Part shown: in pieces, positions 1 through 5,371 of the stretch
How the letters are laid out: every line of letters begins with the position of its first letter
How positions within the stretch are numbered: the first letter of the stretch is position 1
Origin: Vitrella brassicaformis CCMP3155
Taxonomy: Eukaryota > Protista > Chromerida
DNA: 5,371 nt
Direction of reading: 5' to 3'
NCBI GenBank assembly: GCA_001179505.1
Contig: CDMY01001041.1
Span: 1-5,371 of the forward strand
Made by a program: the position numbers and the translations under genes
Notes under the pieces: generated by a model
The model's database searches: none
What the model saw: only the letters and a program-made list of their open reading frames with translations
Told to the model about the DNA's origin: nothing

Positions 1-1282
1 CTTCCCACTTCAGGTAAAAATCACGTGCCGTCCCTCATTGCAGCACTTCTTAGACAGAATTGCTTGTGTGTTTTCTCAGGAGCTCAACGAAATGGGAGCG
101 GATTATCAGCGGGGCGAGGGCGACCTGAGCTTCGAGAGGCGGAACGAGGCGTACCTTCAGTATGCTCCTGGTTTGGCAGTGGCTGCGGCGTCGAAGGCGT
201 TGTCTGACTGGGGTGGTCGTGCGAGCGACATAACCCACGTCATCGGCGTGACGTGCACGGGTCTGATAGTGCCGGGTATCGAGTACCACGTGATCCAAGG
301 GCTCGGTTTGCCGCTGACGACGCAGCGTCTGTCGATCACGCTGATGGGGTGCTTCGGAGGGTGCAGTGGCCTCAAGGCCGCCGCCGCCATTGCGGCTCAG
401 TCGTCGTCGCATCGTGTGCTGGTGGTGTGCTGTGAGCTGTGCACCATCTCGAGCGCCATGGCGACCGAGGTGCACACGGACCAGCTGATCGCCAGCATGC
501 TCTTCGGCGATGGAGCCAGCGCCATTGTGGTGGGATCGGGCATCAGAGCTTGTTCAACGACAGGCTCGAACGACATGAGCAGCAGCAACGAGTACAGCTA
601 CACTGAGCGGCCCATCTATGAGTTCCTCAAGAGCGGCTCGTGCATCATCCCCAACACCCTCCACATGATGGGCTGGGACCTCAGCACCAACGGATGGGAG
701 ATCACCTTGAGCCAGGACATCACACGACAGCTCGGCGACACCATCTGCAGCTTCACCGACACACTCGTCCGCGACGCCCTGGCGCCAAACAACACCTCTG
801 GTGGTCCCACATCATCATCGCAGCAGCAGCAGCAGCCACAACAGCAACACGAGACGACCAGTGGCGGGGCCGCTGGTGCTGGTGATTCGGATCAACCCCA
901 AGCTGCTGGCGGTGCAGCACCACGGTGTCCATCTGCAGCATTGCCGAGCTACAGTGACATGATGTGGCCTCTTCACCCTGGCGGCATGGCCATCATCGAG
1001 GCCATCGAGGTGGCTTGCGGCCTTGACCCCGACTTCCACACCAAGAGCACCCGCCACGTCCTCAAGCAAGTGGGCAACATGTCCAGCGGCACCGTCTACT
1101 TCGTCCTTGACGAACTACGCAAGATGCCCAGAGACAAACTCAAACCATACGCTATGATGTAAGCCACAATCCTTGACTGCACAGCACAGTGAGACTCATT
1201 CTCGGTCTGTTGCTTGTCGCTTGCCTCCAGGGCCTCGTTCGGTCCCGGTCTCACCACCGAAGGAAACCTCCTGAGGATCTGC
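1..1282 (+). CDS. Type III PKS domain A (N-terminus upstream of the window), catalytic triad intact
   Basis: Cys in LMGCFGGC (codon 350-352), His in WPLHPGG (974-976), Asn in VGNMSS (1076-1078). Also LFGDGA and, after splicing, ASFGPGLTTEGNLLRIC. Confidence 0.93.
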
Positions 1283-4200
1283 AACGTTGGTCAAGGACCC
1301 GAGATGGCCATTCCTCGGCCGCTCAGCTTACCGCCTCTTGCCGTGCCCCGGAGGCTTGGGACAGGAACCAACGCACGAGGGGAGAGGGCCACTCCTTACA
1401 TCTTCGGGATAGGCACAGCTAATCCCGAGAATGTCATACCAACCATGGAGGCTGCTGAGGGCTTGGTCGGCTACTATCAAGGCAGGATGGATGAGAGGGA
1501 AGCCAGGCGACTCCGTCGGATCGCCAAGACTTGCGGCATCGATCAGAGGCGGAGTGTCTTCCCACTTCAGGTAAAAATCACGTGCCGTCCCTCATTGCAG
1601 CACTTCTTAGACAGAATTGCTTGTGTGTTTTCTCAGGAGCTCAACGAAATGGGAGCGGATTATCAGCGGGGCGAGGGCGACCTGAGCTTCGAGAGGCGGA
1701 ACGAGGCGTACCTTCAGTATGCTCCTGGTTTGGCAGTGGCTGCGGCGTCGAAGGCGTTGTCTGACTGGGGTGGTCGTGCGAGCGACATAACCCACGTCAT
1801 CGGCGTGACGTGCANNNNNNNNNNNNNNNNNNNNNNNNNNNNNNNNNNNNNNNNNNNNNNNNNNNNNNNNNNNNNNNNNNNNNNNNNNNNNNNNNNNNNN
1901 NNNNNNNNNNNNNNNNNNNNNNNNNNNNNNNNNNNNNNNNNNNNNNNNNNNNNNNNNNNNNNNNNNNNNNNNNNNNNNNNNNNNNNNNNNNNNNNNNNNN
2001 NNNNNNNNNNNNNNNNNNNNNNNNNNNNNNNNNNNNNNNNNNNNNNNNNNNNNNNNNNNNNNNNNNNNNNNNNNNNNNNNNNNNNNNNNNNNNNNNNNNN
2101 NNNNNNNNNNNNNNGCCACGTCCTCAAGCAAGTGGGCAACATGTCCAGCGGCACCGTCTACTTCGTCCTTGACGAACTACGCAAGATGCCCAGAGACAAA
2201 CTCAAACCATACGCTATGATGTAAGCCACAATCCTTAACCGCACAGCACAGTGAGACTCATTCTCGGTGTGTTCCTTGTCGCTTGCCTCCAGGGCCTCGT
2301 TCGGTCCCGGTCTCACCACCGAAGGAAACCTCCTGAGGATCTGCGAGTGCGATGCCAATCCAGCAGGGGCTCGTTTCCCCGCAGCATCTGGGTTGTGCGA
2401 GTCGGACGAACAGCCTGATTCACCCAATGGCAAGATCGACAGGATACCAGATCCCTGTATCAACGAGTCGATCGGGAAGATCCTCGGCTTCCCTGTTGCT
2501 GAGCTGACAAGGGCAGCTACGGGCTTCCCTGTTGCTGAGCTGACAAGGGCACCTACGTTGCGGACTCTCAGACGGCCACCTCCCCTCACTCTTCCTCCCC
2601 CTCGGAAGGACGGCGTGGGTCCTCACCCATCGTGCATGTTCCGCTCCATGCGGTCGTTCATTCTGGGCATCGGTACTGCTGTTCCGTCGACATGTTTGAA
2701 GACCTCAGATGTTGAGTCGCTCGTCCTGGCCCTCAGCCCTGAGGGTCTGAGTGGCTTTGAGATCGTGAGGAGCAAGTTTGTGGCGCGGACGTGCGGGGTC
2801 GACCAAAAGTGGAGCGCCATTACACCACAGGTGAGATGAAGAAGGGACGAATATGAATGACACAATTTCATTTCCCCATTTGTGGTTGTCTGCTCTCCTA
2901 TTCTTTCGCATGATCCGATCAGGACATTGTCAACTTCAAGAATGGTGCAAGCTCGAGCTCGACCGACAGAAAGAACGGCTTTGAGCTGAGGAACGACATA
3001 TTCTGCCGACAGGCTCCTACGCTCGCGGCATTGGCTGCCGAGAAAGCCATCCAGGAGTGGGGCGGTCCGAAGGATGAAATCACTCACATCGTTGGTATCA
3101 CAAGCACGGGAATGGCGGTGCCTGGGATCGAGTTCCACGTCATCAGCAAGCTGGGCCTGCCCCGGACCACACAGCGGGTGTCCGTGACCCTCATGGGGTC
3201 CAACGGGGCGGGGGCTGGCTTGAAGCTTGCAGCAGCCTTCGCGATGCAGAGCTCCCAGTCCAGAGTGCTGGTGGTTTGCTGTGACATGCCGCTTGTGGCT
3301 GCGGCTGGCGTCGGCGACCTGCGAGCAAACGAGGCCCTCATCCCACTTTACGGTGACGGGGCGTCTGCGGTGGTGATCGGATCCACGCTGCGGTCAAGTG
3401 AGAGTGCTCTGTACGAGTACCTGGCCGGTCGGTCCGAGATCCTGCCGAACACCGACGACCTCGAGTCGTTTACCTGCAGCAAGGAAGGCGTTGAGATCTC
3501 TTTCAGTGCCGACATCCCCCGCAGGATCTGCCACAAGATCCCCGACTTCGTAGACAACCTGTCGATGGCGGCCTTTGGTCAACACATCCCCTTCGATCAG
3601 ATGCTCTGGCCGGTCCACCCAACAGCCCTCCCCTACATCAGCATGTTCGAGGAGGCATGCGCTCTCGACCCGGATCTCAGCACCATGGCTTCGCGGGAGT
3701 GTCTGCGAAAATTCGGCAACATGTATGGGGCGTCCCTCTTCTTCGTCCTCGACGATCTGAGGAGGCGGCCACCGACAGTCGAGTGTGCAGTGACGGCGTC
3801 GATAGCGCCAGGGCTCGCGATGGAGGGTGACATCTTCAAGATCTGCCACGGAGACGGCGAAATGGACACTGCAGAGGGGGTCGTCAGAAGGATTCTGGAA
3901 CAAAGGGACGAACACATGCCATCGCATTTCCCTCTGCCCCCCGCCGTCCCAATGCGCTACACTCTCGAGAATCCGCACATTCTCGGCATCGGGACGGCGA
4001 ATCCCGAGAATGCGATCCCGACTCTTGAGGCGGCAGATGGGATGATCAACTTCTACCGCGAGAGCATCACGGAGAAGGAGGCCAGGCGACTCCGTCGGAT
4101 CGCCAGGACCTGCGGCATCGATCAGAGGCGGAGTGTCGTCACGCTCGAGGTCAGCAACAAAAGACGCTGCCCAAGCCACGCACCGTATCTTCATTGTCAT

Positions 4201-5371
4201 TGGTTGCTTCATGTGTGTAGGAGCTGAATGCACTGGGCGAGGAGCTGAAGCGCGGCGAGGTTGACCTGAGCTTCGAGACTCGGAACGACCTCTATCGTCA
4301 GTACGCTCCTGGTTTGGCAGTGGCTGCGGCGTCGAAGGCGTTGTCTGACTGGGGTGGTCGAGCGAGCGACATAACCCACGTCATCGGCGTGACGTGCACG
4401 GGTCTGATAGTGCCGGGTATCGAGTACCACGTGATCCAAGGGCTCGGTTTGCCGCTGACGACGCAGCGTCTGTCGATCACGCTGATGGGGTGCTTCGGAG
4501 GGTGCAGTGGCCTCAAGGCCGCCGCCGCCATTGCGGCTCAGTCGTCGTCGCATCGTGTGCTGGTGGTGTGCTGTGAGCTGTGCACCATCTCGAGCGCCAT
4601 GGCGACCGAGGTGCACACGGACCAGCTGATCGCCAGCATGCTCTTCGGCGATGGAGCCAGCGCCATTGTGGTGGGATCGGGCATCAGAGCTTGTTCAACG
4701 ACAGGCTCGAACGACATGAGCAGCAGCAACGAGTACAGCTACACTGAGCGGCCCATCTATGAGTTCCTCAAGAGCGGCTCGTGCATCATCCCCAACACCC
4801 TCCACATGATGGGCTGGGACCTCAGCACCAACGGATGGGAGATCACCTTGAGCCAGGACATCACACGACAGCTCGGCGACACCATCTGCAGCTTCACCGA
4901 CACACTCGTCCGCGACGCCCTGGCGCCAAACAACACCTCTGGTGGTCCCACATCATCATCGCAGCAGCAGCAGCAGCCACAACAGCAACACGAGACGACC
5001 AGTGGCGGGGCCGCTGGTGCTGGTGATTCGGATCAACCCCAAGCTGCTGGCGGTGCAGCACCACGGTGTCCAGCTGCAGCATTGCCGAGCTACAGTGACA
5101 TGATGTGGCCTCTTCACCCTGGCGGCATGGCCATCATCGAGGCCATCGAGGTGGCTTGCGGCCTTGACCCCGACTTCCACACCAAGAGCACCCGCCACGT
5201 CCTCAAGCAAGTGGGAAACATGTCCAGCGGCACCGTCTACTTCGTCCTTGACGAACTACGCAAGATGCCCAGAGACAAACTCAAACCATACGCTATGATG
5301 TAAGTGACAGACTGTTATAGCAATGGCCTGCAATCCCTCTCAATACATCCTTTTCCTGTGTGGCTCAGGGC
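1..5371 (+). CDS. Partial spliced CDS, open at both ends: multi-domain tandem type III PKS (chalcone synthase-like) protein. Exons: <1-13, 80-1158, 1231-1570, 1637-2220 (contains gap), 2293-2830, 2923-4149, 4221-5299, 5369->5371
   Basis: Manual splicing at GT-AG sites joins the ORFs 38..1162, 1214..2224, 2267..2839, 3031..4227 and 4314..5303 into one stop-free frame. This is about 1620 codons counting the N gap, or about 1785 if the gap hides a full A-like core. Splicing restores split CHS motifs, e.g. KPYAM-M-ASFGPGLTTE (CHS GFGPGLTxE). CHS motifs recur up to four times: ILGIGTANP, LMGCxGG, LFGDGA, HPGG, GNMSS, FGPG. Confidence 0.9.
14..79 (+). other. Spliceosomal intron, 66 nt, phase 0
   Basis: CAG|GTAAAA ... 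GTGTTTTCTCAG|GAG. Same position as the stop-containing or frame-breaking introns 2831-2922 and 4150-4220. Confidence 0.8.
821..835 (+). repeat. (CAG)5 coding microsatellite, short polyQ; second copy at 4962-4976
   Basis: CAGCAGCAGCAGCAG within SSSQQQQQPQQQH. Confidence 0.85.
1159..1230 (+). other. Spliceosomal intron, 72 nt, phase 2
   Basis: AT|GTAAGC ... TTGCCTCCAG|G. Contains the in-frame TAA; removal gives YAMMASFGPG. Confidence 0.93.
1397..2344 (+). CDS. Type III PKS domain B, tandem copy of A; core hidden by the assembly gap
   Basis: Starts YIFGIGTANPEN and ends GNMSS...FGPGLTTEGNLLRIC (Asn codon 2138-2140). Visible coding sequence that overlaps A is identical to A. The Cys and His codons fall in the N run and cannot be verified. 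Confidence 0.8.
1558..1814 (+). repeat. Exact direct repeat of 1-257 (period 1557 nt)
   Basis: Base-by-base comparison found no mismatch over 257 nt, including the 66-nt intron. Confidence 0.97.
1571..1636 (+). other. Spliceosomal intron, 66 nt, phase 0 (identical to 14-79)
   Basis: Same sequence and same homologous position as intron 14-79. Confidence 0.8.
1815..2114. other. Assembly gap (300 N)
   Basis: Run of N. The flanks correspond to A positions 257 and 1053, so a full A-like copy would need 795 nt here. Confidence 0.98.
2115..2344 (+). repeat. Direct repeat of 1053-1282
   Basis: 230 nt with 4 mismatches, all inside the intron (1175/2237, 1178/2240, 1207/2269, 1212/2274). The sequences diverge right after the LLRIC codons. 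Confidence 0.95.
2221..2292 (+). other. Spliceosomal intron, 72 nt, phase 2
   Basis: AT|GTAAGC ... CCTCCAG|G. Four substitutions relative to 1159-1230. Confidence 0.93.
2486..2557 (+). repeat. In-frame 36-nt tandem duplication (2 copies) in the B-C linker
   Basis: GGCTTCCCTGTTGCTGAGCTGACAAGGGCA(G/C)CTACG twice; encodes GFPVAELTRAAT then GFPVAELTRAPT. Confidence 0.95.
2657..3846 (+). CDS. Divergent type III PKS domain C with catalytic Cys replaced by Ser (putative pseudo-enzyme or decarboxylase-only domain)
   Basis: FILGIGTAVP start. LMGSNGAG with Ser codon TCC at 3199-3201, LYGDGA, WPVHPTA (His 3616-3618), FGNMYGAS (Asn 3718-3720), SIAPGLAME. The frame is uninterrupted after removing intron 2831-2922. 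Confidence 0.9.
2831..2922 (+). other. Spliceosomal intron, 92 nt, phase 0
   Basis: CAG|GTGAGA ... pyrimidine tract ... GATCAG|GAC. AT-richer than the exons and contains stops. Removal joins SAITPQ to DIVNFK and into the 3031 ORF frame. Confidence 0.88.
3976..5371 (+). CDS. Type III PKS domain D, catalytic triad intact, C-terminus runs off the window
   Basis: HILGIGTANPEN start. Cys 4491-4493, His 5115-5117, Asn 5217-5219. The last exon begins at 5369 with the same G-GC as the FGPG exons of A and B. Confidence 0.93.
4150..4220 (+). other. Spliceosomal intron, 71 nt, phase 0
   Basis: GAG|GTCAGC ... GTGTGTAG|GAG. Removal joins RRSVVTLE to ELNALGEE, matching RRSVFPLQ|ELNEMGAD in B. Confidence 0.92.
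4305..5304 (+). repeat. Direct repeat of 164-1163
   Basis: 1000 nt with 3 mismatches: 220/4361 (silent), 932/5073 (Ser/Ala), 1075/5216 (silent). Confidence 0.95.
5300..5368 (+). other. Spliceosomal intron, 69 nt, phase 2
   Basis: AT|GTAAGT ... CTTTTCCTGTGTGGCTCAG|GGC. Same position as 1159-1230 but unrelated in sequence beyond GTAAG. Confidence 0.9.

Noticed and set aside
801-938. Possible in-frame GT...AG intron removing most of the low-complexity insert
   Set aside because: The donor GTGGTC does not fit the GTNA pattern of the 7 real donors, there is no pyrimidine tract, and the composition is exon-like. Not formally excluded without cDNA.
1160-1162. TAA ending the 374-aa ORF (also 2222-2224 and 5301-5303), suggesting separate genes or truncated pseudogenes
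   Set aside because: The TAA lies within the GTAAG splice donor. Splicing restores the missing FGPGL motif in frame.
1304-1306. Internal ATG in the A-B linker (and Met codons in the other linkers) as starts of independent genes
   Set aside because: There is no upstream stop, UTR or promoter space; the frame is continuous from the previous domain.
1815-2114. In-frame 165-codon deletion in domain B
   Set aside because: The N-run length is an assembly estimate and not evidence of real length.
2486-2557. Short direct repeats as a CRISPR array or mobile-element end
   Set aside because: Only two adjacent copies with no spacer, in frame within coding sequence, and no cas or transposase genes in the window.
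3394-4233. 279-aa minus-strand ORF and the other antisense or alternative-frame ORFs (e.g. 50-475, 2158-2589, 2623-3138, 4209-4616)
   Set aside because: They overlap a well-supported plus-strand CDS, show no recognisable motifs, repeat only because the sense gene repeats, and are expected in GC-rich coding DNA.
1-5371. Plant chalcone synthase (CHS) gene assignment, or a prokaryotic operon
   Set aside because: The intron pattern, cavity residues and multi-domain layout do not match plant CHS, and spliceosomal introns exclude a bacterial operon. No gene symbol or organism is assigned.

Overview
The whole window is an internal part of one spliced, plus-strand eukaryotic gene, with neither start nor stop codon in view. 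After removing 7 short GT-AG introns (66-92 nt), the reading frame stays open end to end, apart from a 300-N assembly gap. It encodes at least FOUR type III polyketide synthase (chalcone/stilbene synthase-fold) domains in tandem, joined by Pro-rich linkers: A (<1-1282), B (1397-2344, middle in the gap), C (2657-3846) and D (3976->5371). A and D have the full Cys-His-Asn triad. B matches A wherever coding sequence is visible. C is divergent: its catalytic Cys is replaced by Ser, while His and Asn are kept. The apparent stop codons in the ORF track (1160, 2222, 2837, 4225, 5301) are inside introns or come from reading through an intron out of frame. A and D are 99.7% identical over a 1-kb exon tract, yet their introns and N-terminal parts are unrelated or diverged, which suggests gene conversion. 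The host organism cannot be identified from the sequence alone.
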